Source of the DNA: Rhizobiaceae bacterium
Lineage (GTDB): Bacteria > Pseudomonadota > Alphaproteobacteria > Rhizobiales > Rhizobiaceae
Length of the DNA: 58,322 nt
Reading direction: 5' to 3'
Assembly: GCA_051009515.1 (NCBI GenBank)
Contig: JBPCWM010000228.1
Location: 1-58,322 of the forward strand
The notes beneath the pieces are model-generated. The model was not told the origin of the DNA and did no database searches. It worked only from the letters and a program-made list of their open reading frames with translations. The translations under genes and the position numbers were made by a program. Below are positions 28,573 to 38,880 of this stretch, piece after piece. How positions within the stretch are numbered: position 1 is the stretch's first letter; each line of letters starts with the position of its first letter.

Positions 28573-29926
28573 TATCCAACTCCCTGACTTCGAGTCGAAA
28601 TGCGTCCATTGGATCGTCCAGTGACATCACGTGATTGAGGCTGAATTCATACAATGGACCACGTGGAATTTCTGCAGGAGAAAACGGGAAGGCAAAGGTG
28701 GGGGTTTCCTCATGCGCCGTTAGTGGATGATGGAGCAGGTATGGATTGATGATCTTGGCGATATCATTGGCCAACTCCTGGGTCCGGGCTGTTGAAATCG
28801 CCATTACCCCAACCTCACTCGCAATTGGCACCTGTGTTTCCAGTTCGCCCAGCGCGCTGTTTTGGCCAATGACCCGAAATTCGATTTTATAGTCTTTTGC
28901 TGCTGCAATTCCACTGTCGTCAATTCTTGCCCGCACGCTGGACTCAATTCCCGCAATCCAGTCTTCGACATGCTCTACGTAGCGTTGATCACGCAATACC
29001 GATATGGAAACAGTTTGATAACCAGCAATGCGCGACCCTTCCAGTTTGACTGTATAATCGGCGCCGGGCACCCATTTTGAGCCGGTGACCCGTACTCGTC
29101 CATCGCCGATCTCGTGATACTTCGAGTCCGTCACATCAAGATGCCCGCCCGGTTCAAACAGTATAAAAGGATTTGAATTTTCGTAGAGCATGTGGGCCGA
29201 GACCGTGTGCGCGGTGCAAGTCGCGGTTTGCGCCATGGGGCGCACCGTAAAGCCCTCTCCATCAAATTCTACCATTATAGTACCACTGCGCGGATCAGTG
29301 GTACAAAATGCTCCGCATTCGCCAACCTTCGCGCCGTGCCAGGCGCCTCCTGCGTGATTCCCTTTCGCTAATGGCATAGCTGCCATGAGAGCAGTATCGG
29401 TGGTACGTCCTGCTATGACGATATCAGCCCCGGTGGCAAGGGCGGCCTGAATCTGCTCAGCTCCCGCCAGCGCAACGATATTGCTCATCTCCTCCAATTG
29501 ACCACCTTCCAGGGAGGGGGCCGGTTCCAACGGATTGAGCTTACCGGTTTCCAATGCTTGCCGGACGCGTTGCGCAGATTGATTGGAATAGAGGCAAGCG
29601 ACTTTCACCGATTGGCCCAGTTCAGCTGCAAGCTCGCTGGTAATGTCAAACATCCAGTCCACACAGGAATCTGCGCCACACGTGCCAGCAGATCCGATAA
29701 CCAATGGAACTCCAGCCTTGTGGCGGGCCAACATCAACTCCCCCCACTCCGTCTTTGTTGAATTGCGCGAGTATTTGGATGTGCCCGTACCAAGATAAAA
29801 GGGCCCACTGTCCGTGGACCCTCCGTCTATCGCGATAATGTCTGGCTGTGCCGCTATGCCCGCTGCCAGAGCCTGCTTGTCAAAACCCAGCCCCAGAGCG
29901 CCGGTTGGAATCAGAACTCTGGTCAT
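28556..29926 (-). CDS. AtuA/DUF1446-family protein
   Basis: PTGALGLGF, DGGSTDSGPFYLG, ADIVIAGRTTD, WHGAKVGECGA, VSAHMLYEN. Confidence 0.85.
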   Translation of the reverse strand: MTRVLIPTGALGLGFDKQALAAGIAAQPDIIAIDGGSTDSGPFYLGTGTSKYSRNSTKTEWGELMLARHKAGVPLVIGSAGTCGADSCVDWMFDITSELAAELGQSVKVACLYSNQSAQRVRQALETGKLNPLEPAPSLEGGQLEEMSNIVALAGAEQIQAALATGADIVIAGRTTDTALMAAMPLAKGNHAGGAWHGAKVGECGAFCTTDPRSGTIMVEFDGEGFTVRPMAQTATCTAHTVSAHMLYENSNPFILFEPGGHLDVTDSKYHEIGDGRVRVTGSKWVPGADYTVKLEGSRIAGYQTVSISVLRDQRYVEHVEDWIAGIESSVRARIDDSGIAAAKDYKIEFRVIGQNSALGELETQVPIASEVGVMAISTARTQELANDIAKIINPYLLHHPLTAHEETPTFAFPFSPAEIPRGPLYEFSLNHVMSLDDPMDAFRLEVRELDNGHTR

Positions 29927-29930
29927 GGGA

Positions 29931-31436
29931 TCAATCGGTCACGGCCTGTGGTTTCTTCAAAATGTTGCGCAGGAACATCGGGGCAACAAAACCGACAATG
30001 GCTGCAACCCAAAGACCAATCGCAATTGGCGTTGAGAACAGGAACATAGCATCTCCGTCAGAAAGCACCATGGCGCGGCGCAGGGCGTCTTCCATATTAC
30101 CTCCCAGCAGAATACCAAGAATAACCGGAACTGTAGGTACGTCCAGCTTGCGCAAGACATAACCCAGAACACCAAAGGCCACCATCAACAGCAGGTCAAA
30201 ATAACTACCCGAGAGGGAATAGATGCCGACAAATGAAACCATTGTCACGCCGGGCAACAACACCCAGGCAGGAACCTGCAGTACCCGAACAAATATTTTC
30301 ACCATGGGCACATTCATCAACAGCAGAACGAAGTTTGCTATTAACAGTGATGCAATGAGGCCCCAAACAACTTCCGGTCTTTCAGTGAACAAGGTAGGCC
30401 CGGGGGTGATGTTGAGTGTCATCAACAAAGCCAGGAGAACGGCAGTTGTGCCCGAACCCGGGACTCCCAGCGTCAGCATGGGGACAAGAGCACCACCAGC
30501 AGCTGCGTTGTTGCCAGCTTCCGGCGCTGCAACTCCCTTGGCCACACCGGTTCCAAAACCACCTTTTTCGCCGGCAAAAGATTTCTCCATCATGTAGGCC
30601 AGGAAGCTGCCCAAAGAGGCTCCTGCACCGGGCAGAACACCAGCCACAAAGCCAATGCCGCTGGCCCGCAACATGGTCCATTTAGCGTGCAAGATGTCCT
30701 TGATCGGTATGGTGACCTTATCAATCTTGACACCAATCGAAGTCTCCTTGCCCTGACTTTCGAGGAAGAAAAACACTTCGGCAATCGCAAAAAGGCCGAC
30801 AATGGCAACAAGAAAGTCAATACCATCCATCAAATGCAGGCTACCGAAAGTAAGCCTTGGAATGCCCGAATTATTGTCCAAACCAATCATGGCGATGCCG
30901 AGCCCGATACAGGCGGCAATGGCAGATTTGGCCTGGTTGTTTGAAGCCATTCCACCCAATGTGCAAAAGGCAAGAAGATAAAGTGCAAAATATTCCGCAG
31001 GGCCAAACAGATAGGCCACGCGTGCCAACAAAGGAGCCAGCAGCACAAGGCCAAGTGTTGCCAAAAATGCGCCTACAAAAGACGCCACACCTGACAGGAC
31101 CAATGCGTCGCCTGCACGGCCGTTTTTCGCCATGGGATACCCGTCCAGCGTCGTCATCAAGGCCGGCTCATCACCTGGAATGTTGAGCAAGATGGACGAA
31201 ATGCGTCCGCCATACATCGCCCCGTAATACACTGCGGTCATCAGAACCAGAGCCGACGTTGCATCAAGCCCAAGTGTAAATGTGATCGGGATCAAAATCG
31301 CCACACCATTTGACGGGCCAAGCCCGGGCAATGCACCAATTATGGTTCCCAAAAAGCACCCAATAACCGCCAGCATGAGTGTTGTCGGTGACAGGGCTAC
31401 GCTAAACCCCAAAGCGAGGTTTGTAAGAATTTCCAT
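29931..31436 (-). CDS. tctA: Tripartite tricarboxylate transporter large permease
   Basis: GALPGLG, YGGRISSILLNIPG, TTLDGYPMA, APEAGNNA, LTLGVPGS. Confidence 0.93.
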   Translation of the reverse strand: MEILTNLALGFSVALSPTTLMLAVIGCFLGTIIGALPGLGPSNGVAILIPITFTLGLDATSALVLMTAVYYGAMYGGRISSILLNIPGDEPALMTTLDGYPMAKNGRAGDALVLSGVASFVGAFLATLGLVLLAPLLARVAYLFGPAEYFALYLLAFCTLGGMASNNQAKSAIAACIGLGIAMIGLDNNSGIPRLTFGSLHLMDGIDFLVAIVGLFAIAEVFFFLESQGKETSIGVKIDKVTIPIKDILHAKWTMLRASGIGFVAGVLPGAGASLGSFLAYMMEKSFAGEKGGFGTGVAKGVAAPEAGNNAAAGGALVPMLTLGVPGSGTTAVLLALLMTLNITPGPTLFTERPEVVWGLIASLLIANFVLLLMNVPMVKIFVRVLQVPAWVLLPGVTMVSFVGIYSLSGSYFDLLLMVAFGVLGYVLRKLDVPTVPVILGILLGGNMEDALRRAMVLSDGDAMFLFSTPIAIGLWVAAIVGFVAPMFLRNILKKPQAVTD

Positions 31437-31450
31437 GGTTCCAGCTCGCT

Positions 31451-31894
31451 TTAGAACATGCCTTTAGGAAATGGCACCAGCCCGAGTCCCAAGGCATATT
31501 TGAATATCAGGAACAGACCGATCGACAGACCTATTCCGGCAAGTGCGGCAGGCTTTACTTGTGGAGACAGTTGGTAACTGAGGATTCCTGCAGCAACTGC
31601 CGTTGGCAACAAAAAGCCGAGCGGTCCGAGAAGGAACGCGTAAGCTATCAGAACAATTGCCGCGCAAACCAGAACTCCAAACGCTCGCAACGTGGGCCAG
31701 GATGGGTCTTCGTCCGGGCGCAGAATCATCACCACAGCGGATATGGCTGCAACAATACCAATACCAATGGGAAAGGTTCTTGGTCCAACGGGATCTGCAA
31801 GAAAACTGATTTCGATCTGGGTGGCGCTTGCAATATATCCAAGCGCCACAACCAGAACGACCAGACCGAATATGCGGTCAGATTTGGCCATCAT
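31451..31894 (-). CDS. tctB: Tripartite tricarboxylate transporter small permease
   Basis: DPVGPRTFP motif, four TM segments, located between tctC and tctA. Confidence 0.88.
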   Translation of the reverse strand: MMAKSDRIFGLVVLVVALGYIASATQIEISFLADPVGPRTFPIGIGIVAAISAVVMILRPDEDPSWPTLRAFGVLVCAAIVLIAYAFLLGPLGFLLPTAVAAGILSYQLSPQVKPAALAGIGLSIGLFLIFKYALGLGLVPFPKGMF

Positions 31895-31903
31895 CGTGAT
31901 CCG

Positions 31904-32881
31904 TTACTTGATCACGCCGATATTTTTGGACAATTGACGAATGTCGGCAACGACGCCATCAATATAGCCTTGGAAATCACCTCCCACTTTCGTGAATGGT
32001 GCCAGACCGTTGGCTGCCATGGCTTCTTTCCACTCCGCACTGTCAGCAACTTTTTGAAGCTTTCCGGCCCATTCATTGAAGACTTCGTCGGATACGCCTT
32101 TGGGTACGTAGAGACCACGCCAGTTCACAGCAACAACATCATATCCCTGTTCCTTGGCAGTGGGGATGTCCTCAAAGCCCGGAACGCGCTCTTCGGTCAG
32201 AACGGCCAGCGCGCGGATTTCACCGGCCTTCAGGAAGCCGACTATTTCAGACATATCGCCGGTCATGGCCTGCACAAATCCGCCAACAGTCTGAGTAATG
32301 GCATCAGCGCCACCGTCAACACCTATATATTTCACTTTTGTGATATCAGTGAATCCTGCTTTGCCAAGCAGCATCAATGGCTTGAGATGGTCAAAACCAC
32401 CTACAGCTGAGCCGCCGGCGAATGCAACGGAAGACGGATCAGCCTTGATCGCTTCGATCAGGCTTTTGAGGTCTTTATGCGGGCTGTCTTTGGCCACCAC
32501 AATTACGCCCGGATCAGCACCGATCGCTCCAACGAAACGAACCTGATCTGCAGTCATGCCAGCATATGCATTTTGAGCAAGGCGAGTGGTCGTTGCAGAG
32601 GATGCCGCAACAATGAGGTCAGCGTCTGTGTTGCGCTCATTGACAACATGCGTATAAGCCAGTCCACCGCCGCCACCGGCCATGTTGGTGACCTGAACGG
32701 GTTTGTCGACTACGCCAATATCGAACATGATCTTGCCGATCTGACGGCAAGTGAAGTCCCAGCCGCCGCCGGGGTTGGCCGGAGCAATACACTCGGCAGC
32801 AGTTGCAGCCGGCACAGATGCGCCGAGGCTGATGGTCATAAATGCGCCCGCAGCGAGCCATTTGATCGAATTAAGTTTCAT
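31904..32881 (-). CDS. tctC: Tripartite tricarboxylate transporter substrate-binding protein
   Basis: Signal peptide; ECIAPANPGGGWDFTCR, NMAGGGG, IPTAKEQG, NWRGLY. Confidence 0.92.
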   Translation of the reverse strand: MKLNSIKWLAAGAFMTISLGASVPAATAAECIAPANPGGGWDFTCRQIGKIMFDIGVVDKPVQVTNMAGGGGGLAYTHVVNERNTDADLIVAASSATTTRLAQNAYAGMTADQVRFVGAIGADPGVIVVAKDSPHKDLKSLIEAIKADPSSVAFAGGSAVGGFDHLKPLMLLGKAGFTDITKVKYIGVDGGADAITQTVGGFVQAMTGDMSEIVGFLKAGEIRALAVLTEERVPGFEDIPTAKEQGYDVVAVNWRGLYVPKGVSDEVFNEWAGKLQKVADSAEWKEAMAANGLAPFTKVGGDFQGYIDGVVADIRQLSKNIGVIK

Positions 32882-32948
32882 AATTTCCTCCCAAGGATAT
32901 GGTATCTGAAAACCGCTTTTCAGACATACCTATTCTAAACAAACCAAA

Positions 32949-32965
32949 CTGACAGGAAGCTGACA
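32949..32965. promoter_or_regulatory. Direct repeat, candidate TctD (OmpR-family) binding site upstream of tctC
   Basis: CTGACA-GGAAG-CTGACA with 11-bp period, about 70 nt upstream of tctC; a hairpin TCTGAAAA-CCGC-TTTTCAGA (32905-32924) lies in the leader. Confidence 0.5.
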
Positions 32966-33001
32966 AGACCGGGTTTAAATTAAACGTGTGGGCAGCGCTT
33001 G

Positions 33002-34060
33002 CTACTCGCCCCGCAGCGCCTTGTTCCAGCGGTCGATAAACCGGGCGCGTTTGACCTGATCAAGGTAGGCCACGAGGCCGGGGCCGATAGGAATTGGCCG
33101 CAGACGTGCTCCATATTTTGAACGGAATGCCGAGGCCGTGTTCTGACCATCAATTTCGGGGTGCAAGGCAGGCAATTGAAGGTCTTGAGCCATGATCAAC
33201 TGGCCTTGGCTTGACATCAAAAAAGTCAACATCTGGCGACCCGGTTGTGGTTGGCGCGCTTCCTTTGGCACCAACGCGATCCGCGACATAACTACCGTAT
33301 AATCTTCAGGAAAAATGATGCCGAGATCAGGAAACTTGTTGGCCCAGGCCTGTGCATAGGATCCTAGAATATTATAACCCAATGCCAATCTTCCGTCGGC
33401 GACACGCTCCAAAATGGCGGATGAGTTGGAAAACAGCTTGACCCCGGCTGACCCCAACGCGTTGACCAATTGCCAGATTTTGCGATCGTGTTCGGTATCG
33501 CGAGCCAGAAACAGAAACCCTAATCCGGATCGTTCGATGTCATAGGTGGCGGTGCGATTGAACAGCGGATCATCCCCCGCCGAAAGCAATTTGATGAGTT
33601 CTGCCCGATTTGCGGGAGGCTTGATCTGCAAAAAACTGGGCTTGTGATAAACAATGACTGAAGGTTCGAAGGTCAGCCCATAAGCTGAATTGCGCCACTT
33701 GGCCCAATGCGGCCACGGTGGCATCTGAGTACCCAGATTTTCAGCATAACCGTCATTGGCAAGTTTGACCTGCAGGTCCATGGCAGAAGACAACACCAGA
33801 TCGGCTGTGCCCTGCCCCGCGTCGCTTTCCTGAATAACCCGCTCGTAAATGTCCAGAGATTGCAGATCGTGATAGTGAATTTCCACATTTTCGAACTGCT
33901 TCTGATAGGCTTGTATCAAGGGCAGTGACACGCTTTCGTCCAAAGACGAATAGATGGTCAATATGGTAGGCGATATATCGGCGCGCGCAGGAAACACGGT
34001 CTGCGCGGAGGCCAGTGAGGCTGATAACAGGGTTGCGATCAAGAAGACAATCATAGGCAT
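33002..34060 (-). CDS. ABC-type periplasmic substrate-binding protein (Fe3+/polyamine-type fold) without cognate permease
   Basis: Signal peptide; ADLVLSSAMDLQVKLANDG, TYDIERSGLG, GYNILGSYA, DYTVVMSR. Confidence 0.8.
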   Translation of the reverse strand: MPMIVFLIATLLSASLASAQTVFPARADISPTILTIYSSLDESVSLPLIQAYQKQFENVEIHYHDLQSLDIYERVIQESDAGQGTADLVLSSAMDLQVKLANDGYAENLGTQMPPWPHWAKWRNSAYGLTFEPSVIVYHKPSFLQIKPPANRAELIKLLSAGDDPLFNRTATYDIERSGLGFLFLARDTEHDRKIWQLVNALGSAGVKLFSNSSAILERVADGRLALGYNILGSYAQAWANKFPDLGIIFPEDYTVVMSRIALVPKEARQPQPGRQMLTFLMSSQGQLIMAQDLQLPALHPEIDGQNTASAFRSKYGARLRPIPIGPGLVAYLDQVKRARFIDRWNKALRGE

Positions 34061-34134
34061 GAATCCAGCTTGAACAGCAAATGGGGAGTTCACAAGACCG
34101 AAAATCTTCAATAGCCTGTATTCAGGGAGAAACT

Positions 34135-34800
34135 GTGCGTATTTTACTGGTCGAAGACAATCAGCAACTCGGCGTCGGATTGAAACGGCTTCTCGATGTC
34201 ACCTATGCCGTTGACCACGTGATGACAGGCGAAGACGCTCTCAGCGCGGCAAAATCATTGTCCTACGATCTCATGATTCTGGACCTCAGCCTGCCAGACA
34301 CAGATGGGCTGGAAGTCCTGCGTGAAATTCGCAGCCAACGGTTTCATATGCCGGTATTGATCCTGACCGCGCGTGATGAACTGGACGACCGTATTACGGG
34401 GCTGGATTTCGGTGCAGATGATTATATGACCAAGCCGTTTGAATTTTCTGAGCTTGAAGCCAGAGTGCGTGCTCTGTTGCGCCGTGTGTCGATGGAAAAA
34501 ACCTCTTTGATACAATTTGGCAAGATCGCGTTTGACCTGCGCAATGGTCAGGTCTCGGTCGGCGAAGAATCAGTTGACCTTTCCGCCCGTGAAACCATGG
34601 TTCTGCAAGCGTTGATGCTGGCCAATGGACGTTTGTTGTCAAAGGCACAACTTCTTGAATCAATAACCAATTTTGACGATGATGTCAGCGAAAACGCGAT
34701 TGAGCAATATGTTAGCCGCCTGCGCCGCAAACTCGGCGAGCACGGAGTATCAATCAACGCGGCGCGGGGTTTGGGCTATCATCTTTGCGAAACACCATGA
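34135..34800 (+). CDS. tctD: OmpR-family response regulator
   Basis: RILLVED, LDLSLPD, LILTARD, GADDYMTKPF, YVSRLRRKL; adjacent to tctABC. Confidence 0.85.
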   Translation: MRILLVEDNQQLGVGLKRLLDVTYAVDHVMTGEDALSAAKSLSYDLMILDLSLPDTDGLEVLREIRSQRFHMPVLILTARDELDDRITGLDFGADDYMTKPFEFSELEARVRALLRRVSMEKTSLIQFGKIAFDLRNGQVSVGEESVDLSARETMVLQALMLANGRLLSKAQLLESITNFDDDVSENAIEQYVSRLRRKLGEHGVSINAARGLGYHLCETP

Positions 34801-36266
34801 CGGCGCGTTCCACTCAAGCGCCCCACTATTCACTGCGCGGACGGCTATTGCTTTGGCTATTGGCCCCGCTGGTCTTGATTGGTGTGCTGGCCCTGGTGGA
34901 TGGCTACCGCTCGGCAAGGCTAACCGCAGATGAGGTCTCTGACCGTGTGCTCGCCGGTTCGGCTCTGGCGATCGCTGAGCGGGTGTTTGTCAATGATGAA
35001 GGCAAATTGGAAGCCGACATTCCCTATGTGGCACTGCAGATGCTGACCTCATCTGAAGATGATCGTGTCTTTTATCGGATCGAGACTGGTGACGGTGAGT
35101 TTGTCACAGGATATCGAAAACTGGAACTGCCTGCACCAATCGCAACATCAACGGATCAGATGCGGTTCAGCAATGGGGAGTTTCGCGGTGACCCAATTCG
35201 GATTGCCACCTATTCCGGTGCGACATCCTCGAGCACGAAGTCTCTGGGTTTTCGTGTCGCCATTGCTGAAACCACCAATGCACGCAATGCCATTGCCCGC
35301 GACTTGCTGCTACGCTCTGCAATTCGTCAGGCAGCGCTCATATTCACAGCCATTCTTGTTGTCTGGTTTGCGATCAAACGAGCCCTGCGACCTCTCGACA
35401 AGCTTGAAAGCGCCGTGGCACGCCGCAGCCCAGAAGATTTGAGGCCAATCCGGCACCGTGTGCCGAGTGAAGTGGACGGGTTGGTCACCACGATCAATGA
35501 TCTCGTCTTGCGTTTCGGTTCTGCAATCCAGGCGTTGCGCCGTTTCACCTCCAACGCCAGCCACCAGTTTCGGACCCCGCTGGCGCTGATCAAAACCCAT
35601 TTGGAAATTGCCGGACGATCTAACGATCCTCGCAACAAGGCAGAAGCCATCGCAAATGCAAAAAACGCAGTTGATGATGCTGAAAGACTGATGTCCCAAA
35701 TGCTGATTCTGGCACGACTGGACGCGACGTCGAAGCAGGAACTTGCAACACAGTCCAGCAATCTGACCAACATTGCACGAGGCGTATGTGAAGACTTCGT
35801 GCTTCAACTGTCCAACGACAGGACTACAAATATTGATCTGGGTTTTCATGCCGATGAAGATGTGTGGGTTTTGGCAGAGAAAACCCTGTTGCAGGAAGTT
35901 GTCCGGAATCTTGTCGACAATGCGGTGAAACATGCGGGGCCGGATGTCCAGATTGATGTCAGCGTCTACCCGACAGCGGACCGGGGGTTGCTGACAGTTC
36001 AGGATAACGGCCAGGGGTTTTCCGGCGCGACAATAACCGAGAAAGGCAGTGCGCCTTTGTCAGACAGAGACGCGACTTCAAATGGATCAGGAATCGGGCT
36101 GACAATCGTCAATGAGATTCTCAACCTACTGTCGGGAACCATTCAATTTTCAAAGGCAACGCCCGGCGGAGGCACATTGGTAAGCGTATCCCTTGCGGGC
36201 GCACCTGATCCCTCCAGTACAACACCACCTCTCCCCTTATCCGCAGACCCGGTATCTGCAGGCTAA
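34797..36266 (+). CDS. tctE: Sensor histidine kinase
   Basis: SLRGRLLLWL, 2CSK_N-like periplasmic part (DIPYVALQML...DRVFY), H-box NASHQFRTPL, NLVDNAVKH, DNGQG, GIGL. Confidence 0.85.
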   Translation: MTARSTQAPHYSLRGRLLLWLLAPLVLIGVLALVDGYRSARLTADEVSDRVLAGSALAIAERVFVNDEGKLEADIPYVALQMLTSSEDDRVFYRIETGDGEFVTGYRKLELPAPIATSTDQMRFSNGEFRGDPIRIATYSGATSSSTKSLGFRVAIAETTNARNAIARDLLLRSAIRQAALIFTAILVVWFAIKRALRPLDKLESAVARRSPEDLRPIRHRVPSEVDGLVTTINDLVLRFGSAIQALRRFTSNASHQFRTPLALIKTHLEIAGRSNDPRNKAEAIANAKNAVDDAERLMSQMLILARLDATSKQELATQSSNLTNIARGVCEDFVLQLSNDRTTNIDLGFHADEDVWVLAEKTLLQEVVRNLVDNAVKHAGPDVQIDVSVYPTADRGLLTVQDNGQGFSGATITEKGSAPLSDRDATSNGSGIGLTIVNEILNLLSGTIQFSKATPGGGTLVSVSLAGAPDPSSTTPPLPLSADPVSAG

Positions 36267-36293
36267 TACCTTATTGCTGCAATCACACAGACA

Positions 36294-36566
36294 CTAAGCC
36301 TCAGCTTCGCCTTCCCCGAAATCGGGCAGCATACCAAGTGCGCTCATATAAAGGTCAAGCATGGCTTCCTGTTCCTGCCGCTCAGTTGCTTCAATCTTTC
36401 TCATGCGCACTACTGTTCGCAGCGTCTTCACATCAAAACCATTGCCCTTGGCTTCGGCAAACACATCCTTGATATCGTCTGCAATTGCTTTCTTTTCTTC
36501 TTCCAACCGCTCTATGCGTTCAACAATGGAACGCAACTGATCGCGGGCAACGGACGTATCGGCCAT
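36294..36566 (-). CDS. gapR: DUF2312 / GapR-like nucleoid-associated protein
   Basis: [36 protein letters not shown]...LYMSALGM. Confidence 0.85.
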   Translation of the reverse strand: MADTSVARDQLRSIVERIERLEEEKKAIADDIKDVFAEAKGNGFDVKTLRTVVRMRKIEATERQEQEAMLDLYMSALGMLPDFGEGEAEA

Positions 36567-36692
36567 GGGTATCTCCTAACTGTTTCAAGCGATGTAAACA
36601 CCATGCAAGGTTGAATCTGGCAAGCGAAAACGACACTCATTTTGCATTTGCCAACAGGACAAAGAACAATGGTTTGCGCCAAGGGTTTTGTG

Positions 36693-36992
36693 TCAACCGT
36701 GGCTTTTTTTGAAAGCTGCTTTTTGTTCTTCGCTGGCTTCAGTTTGATACTGATCCCGCCACTGCTCAAACGGCATGCCATATATGATCTCGCGCGAACC
36801 GACCTTGTCGAGGTCGATACCGCGTTCATTGGCAGCCTCCATATACCAGCGCGACAGGCAATTGCGGCAAAAACCACTCAGATTCATGAGATCAATATTC
36901 TGCACATCTGTCCGCTCACGCAGATGCGAAACCAGTCTTCTGAAAGCCGCGGCCTCAAGCTCGGTCTGGGTATCTTTGTCAATCTCGGTCAT
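36693..36992 (-). CDS. DUF1244-family protein
   Basis: ELEAAAFRRL, DVQNIDLMNLSGFCRNCLSRWY, YGMP. Confidence 0.9.
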   Translation of the reverse strand: MTEIDKDTQTELEAAAFRRLVSHLRERTDVQNIDLMNLSGFCRNCLSRWYMEAANERGIDLDKVGSREIIYGMPFEQWRDQYQTEASEEQKAAFKKSHG

Positions 36993-36995
36993 GAT

Positions 36996-37796
36996 TTATC
37001 CAATTCTTGCTGGTTGATCCGTGCGCGAGCCAAACAGGACTGCTTCATGCATATCGTGGCGATGGTTGGCTTCTTCAAGAAGCGGAGTTAATCGCTCTAT
37101 CCAGTCATCGACACCAGATTGATCAGAAATCAGATCCTGGCGAACTTCCAACAGCGCCTGGGCAAGTCCACGCCTTGTTGCATGTCGGTACATTGTATCG
37201 TTGCGCAGCGCACCATCATAGGGTTCGTTGTCACCGACGATAAGTGAGCCATCCTCACTCAACCGATCAACCATGAAATTGGACAGCCGGCGATCAACAT
37301 CCCAAAGAAGGGCTGCGTGCCACTTGCGGTGCACCCCCTTCCAAACCGGCGTAAAGGAATGAATTGAAAAGATAATGGGATTGATACCAGAAGCAAGGCT
37401 CTGTTCGATCACCTCATCAATGGCACTGTGATAAGGTTGATAGTAAAGCGACTTGCGGCGTTCTATCTCCGCCTGCGTGATCGGGTGATTGCCGGGTATC
37501 ACGGTCCCGTCTGACAATCGCATGACTATGGTCGGGTCATCTTCGCCACGATTGGGGTCAATTAACAGACGTGAAAAACACGACATGACAGCCGGTACAC
37601 CCAGCCTTTCCGCAAGGCCGAGCGTAAGGGCTTCTGCCCCAATGTCATATGCAATATGCCTTTCAAATTCACTCTCCGGGAGGCCAAGTGTTCCATACTC
37701 TTCAGGTAGCGTGTTTCTGGCGTGGTCGCAGAGCAACACGATTCCGGCAGACACATCACCCTGAACGATTTGATAGGGGGAAAAGACTTTGTGCAT
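36996..37796 (-). CDS. N-formylglutamate amidohydrolase family protein
   Basis: CDHA, RHIAYDIGA, SRLLIDPNRG, SIHSFTP, GDNEPY, EVRQDLI. Confidence 0.88.
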   Translation of the reverse strand: MHKVFSPYQIVQGDVSAGIVLLCDHARNTLPEEYGTLGLPESEFERHIAYDIGAEALTLGLAERLGVPAVMSCFSRLLIDPNRGEDDPTIVMRLSDGTVIPGNHPITQAEIERRKSLYYQPYHSAIDEVIEQSLASGINPIIFSIHSFTPVWKGVHRKWHAALLWDVDRRLSNFMVDRLSEDGSLIVGDNEPYDGALRNDTMYRHATRRGLAQALLEVRQDLISDQSGVDDWIERLTPLLEEANHRHDMHEAVLFGSRTDQPARIG

Positions 37797-37873
37797 CGCG
37801 CGTTATTGTCATAGCTGACGCTTTGCTTCAATGGTTTTTCAATCACCTGACCTGCTCTGGACCAAAAAACTTC

Positions 37874-38764
37874 ATGCAAAGCGCAAACACATCAAACATT
37901 CCGTTTGCATTCGCTTTCGCAGCTTTGTTTTTTGGCTCTCTTGCGATGGGCATATCTCCTGTATTTGTACGCTTTGCCGACGTTGGCCCATTTGCCAGCG
38001 CTTTCTGGAGAGTAGCCATTGCCCTGCCCCTGCTCCTGCTGTGGGCTTATGCCGAATCTCGGCAAACCGGGAAGACCATGGCGCAGGCAATGCGTTTCGA
38101 CAAAGCGATATGGCTGGCCGGATTGCTGTTTGCCGGAGACCTGTTTTTCTGGCACCTGGCCATTGTCAACACGACCATCGCCAATGCCACATTACTGGCC
38201 TGTCTGGCTCCGGTCTGGGTTGTTCTTCTGTCGGGAGCATTTATTGGAGAGCCGGTACCGCGGTCGGCCTATATCGGTCTGATCTTTTGCCTGGTCGGAA
38301 CTGCATCACTGATCGGTTCAAGCTTTGCGATTGCGCCTGAAAATCTGATCGGTGACATTTATGGCTTAGCGACTTCGTTGTTTTTTGGACTATATTTTCT
38401 GGCCGTGCGCGTTGCCCGGCGCAACCACATGCCAGGTTCGGTCACCTTCAAGAGTTCCGCGGTCACTGCTGGAGTTTTGCTTGCCGTAGCCTTGATTGCG
38501 GGGCAGAGCCTTTGGCCACAATCCTATGCCGGGCTCGCCGCCTTGCTGGCGCTTGGACTGATTTCACATTCCTTTGGGCAAGGCCTGCTGGCGGTTGCAC
38601 TTGGTTCGCTATCCGCCGCATTTTCGTCCCTAGTTATCTTTATCGAAGCACTGGCGGCTGCCCTAATGGGCTGGCTCGTCTTTAATGAAGCGCTCGGCCC
38701 GCTCCAGCTGGCAGGCGGCTTACTGATTATGACGGGCGTTTGGATAGCCCGCCCAACAGAGTAA
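37874..38764 (+). CDS. DMT/EamA-family transporter
   Basis: SPVFVR, AFWR, DLFFWH, NATLL; about 10 TM segments. Confidence 0.85.
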   Translation: MQSANTSNIPFAFAFAALFFGSLAMGISPVFVRFADVGPFASAFWRVAIALPLLLLWAYAESRQTGKTMAQAMRFDKAIWLAGLLFAGDLFFWHLAIVNTTIANATLLACLAPVWVVLLSGAFIGEPVPRSAYIGLIFCLVGTASLIGSSFAIAPENLIGDIYGLATSLFFGLYFLAVRVARRNHMPGSVTFKSSAVTAGVLLAVALIAGQSLWPQSYAGLAALLALGLISHSFGQGLLAVALGSLSAAFSSLVIFIEALAAALMGWLVFNEALGPLQLAGGLLIMTGVWIARPTE

Positions 38765-38880
38765 CCCATATCGGGCGGCAAGGGCAGACAGGCGGAGAAG
38801 GCGCAAATCGGTAGAGAAATGACAATTGCAGGCCCCGTTTGTTTGACTTCGCGCCATGAAAGAGGCAACAAGAAAACACC

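Noticed and set aside
31559-32410. 283-aa plus-strand ORF
   Set aside because: Antisense to tctB/tctC; no recognisable features.
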